Source: Minisyncoccota bacterium
GTDB lineage: Bacteria > Patescibacteriota > Minisyncoccia > Phycocordibacterales > UBA9973
DNA length: 64,000 nucleotides
Direction: 5' to 3'
Assembly: GCA_041659785.1 (NCBI GenBank)
Contig: JBAZXO010000001.1
Coordinates: forward strand, 86,941-150,940
This document shows, piece by piece, positions 37,765 through 46,102 of the stretch. A program made the position numbers and the translations under genes. Each line of letters opens with the position of its first letter. Within the stretch, counting starts at the first letter, position 1. The notes below the pieces were generated by a model. It was not told the DNA's origin, did not search any database, and saw only the letters and a list, made by a program, of their open reading frames with translations.

Positions 37765-38645
37765 TGAAAAAAGTTATTGTAATATTGGGACAGACTGCTA
37801 CAGGTAAAAGTAATTTGGCTGTTAAGATTGCTAAGAAAATAAGTGGCGAGATAATTTCTGCTGATTCTAGGCAAGTTTATAAAGGTCTAGATATCGGCTC
37901 AGGTAAAATATCTAAAAAAGATATGAAGGGCATACCCCACTATCTACTTGATGTGGCAAATCCTAAAAATAAATTTACCGTCACAGAATTCCAACAAAAA
38001 GCAATCTACGCTATCGCTGAGATTATAAAAAATGGCAAGACACCCATCATTTGTGGAGGAACAGGATTTTATCTTGATGCTATAACTAAAGGCGTAGTTT
38101 TCCCCGAAGTTCCACCAAATATTAAACTTCGAAAAATTTTAGAAAAGAAATCTGAAATAGAATTAATCAAAATATTAAAAAAACTTGACCTCAGGCGCGC
38201 TAAAAATATTGATGTAAAAAATAAAGTCCGCCTGATTAGAGCGATAGAGATAGCTAAGGCCTTGGGTAAGGTTCCCGAGGTGACAGAGATGAAACCCATT
38301 TATAAATTTATAAAAATAGGATTGTATTTACCTGAAAATTTACTGAAAAAAAATATAGAAAAAAGGGTAAAAAAGATGTTTAAAGACGGCTTACTAAATG
38401 AAATAAAAAAACTTAAAAAGCCTGCCCGCCTTGGAGGGGCTGGGATTTCTAAGAAAAGGCTTCAAGAATTCGGCTTCGAATACAATGAACCCACTTATGA
38501 AAAAGTCGTAATAGAAACACTTAAATATGCCAAAAGACAAATGACTTGGTTTAAACGCGACAAAGAAATAAAATGGGTGGATGCCAGTCTCGCCGAGCCT
38601 AGGCAGACATCGAAAAATACAGATGCTATAATTAAAAAATTATGA
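37764..38645 (+). CDS. miaA: tRNA dimethylallyltransferase
   Basis: ILGQTATGKSNLA P-loop and ISADSRQVYKGLDIG. Confidence 0.85.
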   Translation: MKKVIVILGQTATGKSNLAVKIAKKISGEIISADSRQVYKGLDIGSGKISKKDMKGIPHYLLDVANPKNKFTVTEFQQKAIYAIAEIIKNGKTPIICGGTGFYLDAITKGVVFPEVPPNIKLRKILEKKSEIELIKILKKLDLRRAKNIDVKNKVRLIRAIEIAKALGKVPEVTEMKPIYKFIKIGLYLPENLLKKNIEKRVKKMFKDGLLNEIKKLKKPARLGGAGISKKRLQEFGFEYNEPTYEKVVIETLKYAKRQMTWFKRDKEIKWVDASLAEPRQTSKNTDAIIKKL

Positions 38646-38983
38646 AAACATTAATACATTTTATTGTTTCTACTTTAGCCATATTAATAACAGCTTATTT
38701 TTTACCAGGAGTACATGTAACGGGTCTACTCGCTGCGCTTGTGTTAGCAGTCGTACTAGGAGCCATCAATGTTATCTTGCGTCCAATACTAATATTCCTT
38801 ACATTGCCACTCACAATAATAACACTCGGCCTTTCTGTGCTGTTTATCAATGGCTTTCTTGTAATGCTCGCGAGCTATATCGTGCCTGGATTTAAAGTAG
38901 ATAGTTTCTGGTGGGCATTTTTATTCGGCATTGTCCTCGCTATCGTAAACTGGGTTTTGCAAATGTTTGAACAAGGAGAATAA
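38642..38983 (+). CDS. DUF360/YvlD-like 4-TM membrane protein (phage holin 4 superfamily)
   Basis: 113 aa with 4 TM helices and LPGVHVTG...VLGAINV.LRPIL pattern. Confidence 0.55.
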   Translation: MKTLIHFIVSTLAILITAYFLPGVHVTGLLAALVLAVVLGAINVILRPILIFLTLPLTIITLGLSVLFINGFLVMLASYIVPGFKVDSFWWAFLFGIVLAIVNWVLQMFEQGE

Positions 38984-39010
38984 AAATTGTTAAGTATTAA
39001 TACGTTAATA

Positions 39011-39039
39011 TTGACAAATAACACTTAGAATGCTATTAT
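39011..39039 (+). promoter_or_regulatory. strong sigma70-like promoter (TTGACA, 17 bp spacer, TATTAT) for the GC-rich orphan gene
   Basis: Consensus -35 at 39011-39016 and -10 at 39034-39039. It is followed by a ~150-nt leader containing a 13-bp stem (39086-39098 / 39134-39146). Confidence 0.5.
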
Positions 39040-39195
39040 ATTTTTAAATAAAATGTTCCTTAAATAAATATTAGCAAGGAAAGTATTTTGGTGGTAGCAC
39101 AATGAAAATCTAAATTAAGGAGGTTTTTATCGCGCTACCACCAAAAAACCCTGTAGCTTTGAGGGTGGACGAGATTCCACAACACAGGAGAATAC

Positions 39196-39684
39196 ATGCG
39201 CGATTTGAAATTTATCCAAAACCTTGAGGTTTATACCTCATCTGTTACCCATAAGGAGCTCAGCCAGGAAGCAGCAAGGTTGAAGCCCCCTGCTCTGAAT
39301 GGTGGAAAATTTGTTGGGATTCTTCCCGAGCCGCTCAGATGGCTCTGGGCCTACATTTCTCGCACCCAGAAAAACCTCGAGGAGAGGATCAACAAAATTG
39401 ACCTGGAGATGCTCAGCAAAAATACAAAGGAGAAAAACGCTGCTCTCGACGATGAAATTCAAGCTTCCATCCAAGAGATTCGGAATCTGTACGATTTTTT
39501 CTGGATCGCTACGTGTAGCGAGCTCAACCTCCAGAATAACCACAATTTCAGCGTATGCAAGGATTGGGCGATCCACTACGCCGACCCCATCTGCATTGGC
39601 AGCAGGGATGGTCACCCGGAAGAAGGCATCAGCCTTTCGATTCATTTTATCGACATCTCCGACCTCTTCAAAAACCACAACTAG
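39196..39684 (+). CDS. hypothetical 162-aa protein encoded by a compositionally distinct (GC-elevated) gene
   Basis: SD AGGAG lies 7 nt upstream of the ATG. Local GC is about 47-50% versus about 33% background. It has its own promoter and terminator. Overlapping ORFs in other frames are treated as artefacts of the high GC. Confidence 0.5.
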   Translation: MRDLKFIQNLEVYTSSVTHKELSQEAARLKPPALNGGKFVGILPEPLRWLWAYISRTQKNLEERINKIDLEMLSKNTKEKNAALDDEIQASIQEIRNLYDFFWIATCSELNLQNNHNFSVCKDWAIHYADPICIGSRDGHPEEGISLSIHFIDISDLFKNHN

Positions 39685-39705
39685 CCCATCAATCACCCAC
39701 CCATG

Positions 39706-39739
39706 CCCCGGCCAAAAGCTGGGGTTGTTTTTTTATTTA
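39706..39739 (+). terminator. rho-independent terminator (CCCCGGC-caaaa-GCTGGGG followed by TTGTTTTTTTTATTT)
   Basis: 7-bp GC stem with one G-U pair followed by a U-run, directly after the stop at 39684. Confidence 0.55.
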
Positions 39740-40002
39740 GTAAAATTTTTAATCCACCACTTTTTAATAAAAGGCAAAGATTGAACAGAGATAAAATACC
39801 CTATTGGTGGAACAAGAGCATTTAAATAATAATTTCCTGTCCCGATAAAATACAAAACTTTTACTGCAATTAAATAGATAATTGCTGAAATAAGTAAAAC
39901 GCGAAAATAACTTGTCTCCCAGGCTTTATCAGCTTCCACTCTTAAATTTCTCTCTTTAATAAGTTCAACTTCTTTTTCTAATTTTTGAATTCTTTCTTCC
40001 AT
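39733..40002 (-). CDS. hypothetical membrane protein
   Basis: 89 aa with an N-terminal coiled-coil-like segment and two TM helices. Confidence 0.35.
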   Translation of the reverse strand: MEERIQKLEKEVELIKERNLRVEADKAWETSYFRVLLISAIIYLIAVKVLYFIGTGNYYLNALVPPIGYFISVQSLPFIKKWWIKNFTK

Positions 40003-40021
40003 AAAATTATTTATTAAGCGG

Positions 40022-40092
40022 CGGGCGATGAGGGAATCGGACCCCCGCCAAAGGTTTTGGAGACCTTCGTTCTACCACTAAACTAATCGCCC
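40022..40092 (-). tRNA. tRNA-Trp (anticodon CCA)
   Basis: Reverse complement folds as acceptor GGGCGAT/ATCGCCC, D-arm GTTT..GAAC, anticodon stem AAGGT/ACCTT with loop CTCCAAA, and T-arm GGGGG TCCGATT CCCTC. Confidence 0.8.
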
Positions 40093-40103
40093 GTATGATT
40101 TAA

Positions 40104-40128
40104 ATAACAAAAAACGACCCTAGGTCGT
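40104..40128 (-). terminator. terminator hairpin for rpmG (ACGACC-tag-GGTCGT followed by U-run on minus strand)
   Basis: Inverted repeat acgacc/ggtcgt with a flanking A/T run, about 40 nt downstream of the L33 stop. Confidence 0.5.
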
Positions 40129-40167
40129 TTTAGTATAGCAGAAAAGCAAAGAAAATATAAGCAAAAT

Positions 40168-40326
40168 CTATTTTTTGACTTCCTTATGCTTCGTCTGCTT
40201 TCGGCACCATTTGCAGTATTTTTTAAGCTCGATTTTTTTAGTAACGAGTTTCTTGTTCTTGCTGGACCAGTAATTTATCCTTTTGCAAGTCGTACAGGCA
40301 AGTTTTATAAGTCTATCTTGTGACAT
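40168..40326 (-). CDS. rpmG: 50S ribosomal protein L33 (52 aa; below ORF-track size cutoff)
   Basis: Manual translation of the minus strand: MSQDRLIKLACTTCKRINYWSSKNKKLVTKKIELKKYCKWCRKQTKHKEVKK. This matches the L33 C-x2-C...C-x2-C zinc ribbon and consensus. Confidence 0.8.
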   Translation of the reverse strand: MSQDRLIKLACTTCKRINYWSSKNKKLVTKKIELKKYCKWCRKQTKHKEVKK

Positions 40327-40362
40327 GTATATAGATTAATATAAAAAACGATTAAATGCAAG

Positions 40363-41541
40363 CTAAATAACGACTCTAGGCAACAGAGCACTAATACGTG
40401 TAGTTATTTCATAATTAATAGTATTTATACGCAAGGCCAACTCTTCGGCTGTAATTTCTTCCTTATTTTGAGCCCCGATAATTATAACTTCATCTTCTAC
40501 TTTTACATTTTTAAGATGGCTAACATTTACTACCAGCATATTCATCATTACTCGTCCTAATATTTTACATTTTGTGCCACTAATTAAGACAAAGCCATTA
40601 TTCGAAAAACCACGATCAAATCCATCAGCATAACCCTGAGGAATGATGGCAACTTTGGTTTCCTTGTTTGTTTTATAAGTTAAACCATAACCAATGGTGT
40701 TCCCTTTCGGTAAAGTTTTAATTTGTGCAATTTTTGTTTTCCAAGAGAGTACAGGCTTCAAACTAAATTTAGTTTTATAAAAATCTTTCAAATGCTCCGA
40801 AGGCCACAGGCCATACACACCGATACCAAGACGTACAAGTGGATGAATTCCTTCGCTCTTTTCATAAACCAAGAGTCCAGAAGTTGCAGAGATATGTGTT
40901 AGGAAGCTTGCCCCGCCTTGGCGTGGGTTTTTAAAACCATTTTCTTCTGCAATAGAGAGAGCTTTCTTATATTCTAAAATTTGTTTCTTTGCATGAGAGA
41001 AATCAGTGGTGTCTTCAATGTTCGCAAAGTGCGCATACATACCAGTAAGTTTTATAAATCCTGCCCGTCCTTTGACGTGGTTATGTTTTTTAATTTCTGC
41101 AAAAAGTTTAGGTAGTTCTTTCAAGAGAAAACCTTCTCTGCCGAGATAAGCATCTACTGGCACATGAATTTCTTGAACCTTTTTTAACATTTCAGCCATG
41201 GCTGAAATGTGTTCTAATTGATCTAAAGAAAAAACTGATAATACGCAACCTAATTTAATGGCTTCTTTTAAATCTAATTTTTGTACGTATCCTAAGACCA
41301 ATGTCTTTTTTGAGCTTATTTTACGTAATAATTTAAGCTCCTCGATACTATCAACTTGAAAATAGTCTACATGGGGTTCTAATATTTTTGCTATTTCATT
41401 CTGTCCGTGGCCATAAGCATTACCCTTTATGGCAACAGAAAATTTAGTTCCCTTTTTAGCTACACTTTTTAAAACTTTGATATTATGAATCAAATTTTTA
41501 CTAGAAAGTTCTATATATGAAAGTGGTAAATCTTTTTTCAC
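40363..41541 (-). CDS. alr: alanine racemase
   Basis: AIKGNAYGHG PLP-lysine motif and a C-terminal beta domain. Confidence 0.85.
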   Translation of the reverse strand: MKKDLPLSYIELSSKNLIHNIKVLKSVAKKGTKFSVAIKGNAYGHGQNEIAKILEPHVDYFQVDSIEELKLLRKISSKKTLVLGYVQKLDLKEAIKLGCVLSVFSLDQLEHISAMAEMLKKVQEIHVPVDAYLGREGFLLKELPKLFAEIKKHNHVKGRAGFIKLTGMYAHFANIEDTTDFSHAKKQILEYKKALSIAEENGFKNPRQGGASFLTHISATSGLLVYEKSEGIHPLVRLGIGVYGLWPSEHLKDFYKTKFSLKPVLSWKTKIAQIKTLPKGNTIGYGLTYKTNKETKVAIIPQGYADGFDRGFSNNGFVLISGTKCKILGRVMMNMLVVNVSHLKNVKVEDEVIIIGAQNKEEITAEELALRINTINYEITTRISALLPRVVI

Positions 41542-41545
41542 AATA

Positions 41546-42511
41546 TTATTTAACAGTAGTTTTTAATTTCTGTTCTCTTTTAAATCTCTCAATTGCAAGA
41601 TTAATTAATTTATCTAAAAGCTTCGGCAATGGTAGTCCACTTGCTTCCCACAACTTCGGATACATACTGATAGCAGTAAATCCAGGTAAGGTATTTATCT
41701 CATTTACTAGAACATCTCCATTTTTTTTCAGGAAAAAGTCTACTCGACTTAAGCCTTCACAATTTAACGTTTGGAATGTTTTAATAGCCAATTCTTGAAT
41801 TTTCTTTGTTGTTTTTTTATCAATCTTTGCGGGAATTTCTGCCACTGATCCAGCATCTATATACTTCGCGTCATAAGAATAAAAATCTTGATTAGCAATA
41901 ATCTCACCAGGAATAGATGCTATGGGCATATCATTACCTAATAGAGCACATTCTATCTCTCGTCCTTTTATAAATTCTTCAATAATTATTTTTGAATCGT
42001 ATTTAAATGCATCACTAATTCCTTTTTTAAATTCTTTTTCATTTCGTACTTTACTTATCCCTACTGATGAACCCATATTGGCGGGTTTAATAAACATTGG
42101 CGAACCTAATTCCTTTTTTATTTTATTAAAATTTATTTTGTCATTTTCCTTAATAGCAACAAATTTTCCAATTGGAATGCCTGCGTCTCGAAGAATTCTT
42201 TTCATTATCTCTTTATCCATACCGACAGCTGAACCAAGAACACTGGGACCAATAAATGGCACCCCTGCGAGCTTCAGAAGTCCTTGCATACTACCATCTT
42301 CACCAAAAGGTCCATGCATTACTGGAAAAATAACATCAAAATTTTTAATAATGTTTAAATTAAATTTACCAGATCTATCTATTTTTATTGGAGTTACTAG
42401 ATATTTTGTTTTATCTAGGGCATTTATCACATTCTTTGCAGACACCAAAGACACCTCGTGCTCGGCTGATTTGCCTCCGAAAAGGACACCAATTTTTATT
42501 TTCCTTATCAT
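41546..42511 (-). CDS. ddl: D-alanine--D-alanine ligase
   Basis: KIGVLFGGKSAEHEVSL start and ATP-grasp motifs. Confidence 0.9.
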   Translation of the reverse strand: MIRKIKIGVLFGGKSAEHEVSLVSAKNVINALDKTKYLVTPIKIDRSGKFNLNIIKNFDVIFPVMHGPFGEDGSMQGLLKLAGVPFIGPSVLGSAVGMDKEIMKRILRDAGIPIGKFVAIKENDKINFNKIKKELGSPMFIKPANMGSSVGISKVRNEKEFKKGISDAFKYDSKIIIEEFIKGREIECALLGNDMPIASIPGEIIANQDFYSYDAKYIDAGSVAEIPAKIDKKTTKKIQELAIKTFQTLNCEGLSRVDFFLKKNGDVLVNEINTLPGFTAISMYPKLWEASGLPLPKLLDKLINLAIERFKREQKLKTTVK

Positions 42512-42537
42512 AGAAAACAGTATACTCCGATTTTATC

Positions 42538-43638
42538 TTAGAGCAATTTAACTACATCATGATAAGTGATGATGATCATGAGCAAAATCAGAAGACCAAA
42601 ACCAATCATATTTGCAGTATTGGCAACTTTGGGATTCATCCTTGAGCCTTTAATTTTTTCGATAAGTAAAAAGAATAATCGTCCGCCATCAAGCGCTGGA
42701 AATGGAAGCAAATTTATTATAGCGAGGTTAATTGAAATTAAAGCTGCAAAAGAAAGAAGATAAACAAAACCAAACTGATAAGCATCTCCGACGATACCTA
42801 CCATTCCGACTGGCCCAGTAACAGCAGCAAAGCTACCTTTACCCCTTATACCCTCATAAATAAGCGTATAAAGCCCAACAGCGGTACCTTTAGTCATATT
42901 CCAGTCTAAACGCAGCCCCTCAAAAATAGCTGTAAAAAAGGGCAATTTAGCCGTCCCAATCTCATCCATAGATATACCTATTGCAGGCTTTCCATCAGTA
43001 GGGCTCACGACTGGAGTTACTTTCGCTAAATTAATCTCTGTATTTTTACCACGTATATATCCGATATCAATTTCTTTTCCCCCACTTCCAACAACAAAAG
43101 ATTTAATAGACTCGGGACTTACGAAGGTCGTAAAATTGTCACCACTTTTTATATTTACAATTTTGTCTCCAATCTTTAATCCAGCTTTTTCCGCAGGAGA
43201 TTTCGCTAAAACAGAAACGACTACTAAATTTATATCTTGGAGTTTAAAACCCGCTCTTTCACTACCAACTGAAGTCGGAAGTCCAGACATAAAACCAATA
43301 GAAAACAAAAGCCAAGCTAATAAAAAGTTAGCGAAGATTCCAGCAAATAGAACTATCGCTTGTTTCCATTTTGCTTTATTTACGAAACTTCTCTCAGCAT
43401 CAGGGCCAGTAGTGTTTTCTTCATCTGGATTCTCACCAAAAATTTTAACAAAGCCACCAATAGGTAATAAATTAAAAGTATATTCCGTCTCCCCTTTTTT
43501 AAAACCAAATAACTTTGGCGGAAAGCCAAAACCAAATTCATCTACTCTAATACCAAACTTTTTCGCAGTAAAAAAATGCCCAAACTCGTGGACTAAAACT
43601 AATACCAATAAAATTACGATAAAAATTACGATACTCAT
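42538..43638 (-). CDS. rseP: RIP metalloprotease RseP (site-2 protease, M50 with PDZ)
   Basis: HEFGHFFTAKKFG HExxH, PDZ segment and a C-terminal LDGG motif. Confidence 0.85.
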   Translation of the reverse strand: MSIVIFIVILLVLVLVHEFGHFFTAKKFGIRVDEFGFGFPPKLFGFKKGETEYTFNLLPIGGFVKIFGENPDEENTTGPDAERSFVNKAKWKQAIVLFAGIFANFLLAWLLFSIGFMSGLPTSVGSERAGFKLQDINLVVVSVLAKSPAEKAGLKIGDKIVNIKSGDNFTTFVSPESIKSFVVGSGGKEIDIGYIRGKNTEINLAKVTPVVSPTDGKPAIGISMDEIGTAKLPFFTAIFEGLRLDWNMTKGTAVGLYTLIYEGIRGKGSFAAVTGPVGMVGIVGDAYQFGFVYLLSFAALISINLAIINLLPFPALDGGRLFFLLIEKIKGSRMNPKVANTANMIGFGLLILLMIIITYHDVVKLL

Positions 43639-43644
43639 AGATAT

Positions 43645-44196
43645 TTATCCCATTACTTCTTTTTCTTTTTTCTCGAAAGTTGCTTCTAGATTACCATTCG
43701 TCTCAGTAATGATCTTTTGCAATTCTTCTTTCGCGCGGAATCTCTCGTCTTCGGTCATCTTGGCCTCTTTCTCTAATTTCTCTATATCTACCACTACTGC
43801 TTCGCGTTCTTTCCGTACAATGATTCTACTTTCTTCTAATTTTTCTTTTAGAACTTTTACAAGGGTTTTTCTTGTGTCAGTAGTCAATTGCGGAAAGATA
43901 ACTCTTATGCCCTGATCATCAGTAGCTACAGATAAGCCTAAATTTGAGCCCACGATAGCTTTCTCAATACCTTTTATCTGGCTTTTATCCCAAGGAGCAA
44001 CACGTAATGTTTTCGGATCTTCGATAGACACAGAAGCTACGTTTTTGAGTGGAACATAAGCGCCATATGATTCGACAGATACACCATCGAGTATCATAGG
44101 TGAAGCTCGCCCAATGTTTAATTGACTATATTCCTTACCTAAAAAGTCTTCTACCTTTTTAAGTTCTGCTTTAAAATTTGAAAAATTGTATTGCAT
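43645..44196 (-). CDS. frr: ribosome recycling factor
   Basis: Full-length similarity to the RRF consensus (..LNIGRASP..LD.V.VE.YG...PL...A.V...). Confidence 0.9.
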   Translation of the reverse strand: MQYNFSNFKAELKKVEDFLGKEYSQLNIGRASPMILDGVSVESYGAYVPLKNVASVSIEDPKTLRVAPWDKSQIKGIEKAIVGSNLGLSVATDDQGIRVIFPQLTTDTRKTLVKVLKEKLEESRIIVRKEREAVVVDIEKLEKEAKMTEDERFRAKEELQKIITETNGNLEATFEKKEKEVMG

Positions 44197-44224
44197 GGCT
44201 TTATTGTATCATGTAAAAGTTAAT

Positions 44225-44986
44225 TTAAAAAATGGGGATAATTAATGTCAGAGACTCCATCAAACTCTTAGTGGAACTCCCGGGCATACGCAGAAGTTCC
44301 CGAACTTTAAAAATATGTTGAAAGCAAGTTTGTAAATTATTTTGAACATGGAAGGTTCCATCTGAAGGATGGAGTAAAATGGAAAAATCATTTACAAACT
44401 TGTTATGCAAAGAAACTTCCAGCTCATTTAGAAACTTTAAAGCTTTAGCACGGCTTGAGTTTAAAACAATAATTTCATTTCCTTCTTCGTCTTCTTCATC
44501 AGGTGCAGCAATTAATTCTTTAATAAACTCAATCCTATCTCGTAGTGGCATCATGATAAATTTCTCAGCTTCTTTTGTATCTCCCTTCTCACTAGAAAAT
44601 GAAGAAATTAAATAAAACCTAGAAACTAGGGTCCGTAAAAGAGCATTTGCATCTGGTACTATAAGGAAAAAATGGGTATCTTGTATTGGCTCTTCAAACA
44701 TTTTCAATAAGCTATTTTGTGCTTCGAGTAAAAAACTGTTAGCAGAAACAATAAATACCTTTTTCCCTGAGGAAAAACTTTTCTGATTTGCATAAGACTT
44801 TAAATTACGAGCATCTTCGATTTTAAAAGAATCTAGCTGAATATGAACAAAGTCTGGATTACCGACAGTGTCTATCCCTAAACTTTTTAAAAATTCTATA
44901 ATCTCAAGAGAAACAACATCACTCACCCCTTCTATCAAATATGCGTGATGCAAATTATTTTTATCTAAGTGTTGTGAAATATTCAT
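44225..44986 (-). CDS. holB: DNA polymerase III delta-prime-like subunit (clamp-loader AAA+ fold without Walker A)
   Basis: HAYLIEG, LLKMFEEP and RTLVSRF motifs. The start was moved to the internal Met, because the ORF-track extension is encoded by the GC palindrome. Confidence 0.6.
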   Translation of the reverse strand: MNISQHLDKNNLHHAYLIEGVSDVVSLEIIEFLKSLGIDTVGNPDFVHIQLDSFKIEDARNLKSYANQKSFSSGKKVFIVSANSFLLEAQNSLLKMFEEPIQDTHFFLIVPDANALLRTLVSRFYLISSFSSEKGDTKEAEKFIMMPLRDRIEFIKELIAAPDEEDEEGNEIIVLNSSRAKALKFLNELEVSLHNKFVNDFSILLHPSDGTFHVQNNLQTCFQHIFKVRELLRMPGSSTKSLMESLTLIIPIF

Positions 44987-44995
44987 CGATTTTGT

Positions 44996-45038
44996 GTCGG
45001 ACGTCCAACGTCTAGAATTCGGACGTTGGACGTCCGAC
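44996..45038. repeat. perfect 17-bp GC-rich inverted repeat (GTCGGACGTCCAACGTC / GACGTTGGACGTCCGAC) with a 9-nt spacer containing GAATTC
   Basis: Arms at 44996-45012 and 45022-45038 are exact reverse complements. The repeat lies immediately 3' of the mreB stop. Confidence 0.6.
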
Positions 45039-45042
45039 AAGA

Positions 45043-46074
45043 TTATTTTTTACTTAAAACTGTCTTTTTATAGACGTCCAAATGTTCTAGAGCGATACCT
45101 GTACCCTTAACTACACAAAAAAGAGAATCTTCTGCGAGAGTTGCTTTAACTCCCGTTTTCCGATAAACCAAATCTGTAAAATTACGTAATTGAGATGAAC
45201 CACCAGTCATGATAATTCCATGGTCAATAATATCGGAAGCGAGCTCTGGAGGAGTTTCTTGTAAGACGTCTTTTATTGCTTTTATGATCTGCCTTAATTC
45301 TGCATCTATGGCTTTGACTATTTCATTCGTCCCCACCTGAGCTGACCTTGGTAATCCTTGTATAAAATCTCTACCTTTTATGGTGACACGAAGTTCTTCA
45401 TCTAAAGCAACAGCTGCGCCAATTTTAATTTTTACTTCTTCGGCAGTTCTATCACCGATAGCTAAGTTGAAAGTTTTTTTAATATAGTCCGCAATAGCAG
45501 CATCTATTTTATTTCCAGCAAATTTAACTGAAGTAGAAGCCACAATTCCACCGAGAGATATCACTGCTACGTCTGTCGTACCACCTCCGATATCGACTAC
45601 CATATAACCCTTTGATTCATAAATAGGAATACCTGCACCGATAGCTGCTAAGATTGGCTCCTTAACCACGTACGCATTCTTGGCACCAGCACGTAATGCT
45701 GCTTCTATGACCGCTCTTCTTTCGGTCGAAGTCACTCCTGCTGGAACAGATATCATTACATCTGGTTTAAAGAAACTGAATTTTCCCATCGCTTTACTAA
45801 TAAAATAACGAAGCATCGCTTCAGTTACTCGGTAGTCTGCAATTACTCCATCTTTCATTGGACAATAAGTTATTATTGAGTCTGGAGTTTTACCTATCAT
45901 GTCCTTAGCTTCAAAACCAATTGCCACAATTTTATTGTCTTGCTCAGAAACCGCTACAACAGAAGGCTCGTTTAGAACGATACCCTTGCCCGGTACGAAT
46001 ACTAGAGTATTTGCTGTGCCTAAATCTATTCCTAATTTACGTGAAAAAAATCCCATAGGGCTAATATAACACAT
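45043..46074 (-). CDS. mreB: rod shape-determining protein MreB (actin-like ATPase)
   Basis: GIDLGTANTLVFV phosphate-1 motif and full-length actin-fold motifs. Confidence 0.9.
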   Translation of the reverse strand: MCYISPMGFFSRKLGIDLGTANTLVFVPGKGIVLNEPSVVAVSEQDNKIVAIGFEAKDMIGKTPDSIITYCPMKDGVIADYRVTEAMLRYFISKAMGKFSFFKPDVMISVPAGVTSTERRAVIEAALRAGAKNAYVVKEPILAAIGAGIPIYESKGYMVVDIGGGTTDVAVISLGGIVASTSVKFAGNKIDAAIADYIKKTFNLAIGDRTAEEVKIKIGAAVALDEELRVTIKGRDFIQGLPRSAQVGTNEIVKAIDAELRQIIKAIKDVLQETPPELASDIIDHGIIMTGGSSQLRNFTDLVYRKTGVKATLAEDSLFCVVKGTGIALEHLDVYKKTVLSKK

Positions 46075-46102
46075 ATTTATGCTAGAATGAAATTATTAAA
46101 AT

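Noticed and set aside
39238-39784. Three extra ORFs (39238..39696 -, 39299..39784 +, 39555..39740 +) overlapping the 162-aa gene
   Set aside because: They are products of the locally high GC, which reduces stop-codon frequency. Only 39196..39684 has an SD and sits between the promoter and terminator.
44987-45040. N-terminal 18 codons of the 44225..45040 ORF (MSDVQRPNSRRWTSDTKS)
   Set aside because: They are encoded entirely by the GC-rich perfect palindrome. The start was moved to the internal Met (44986).
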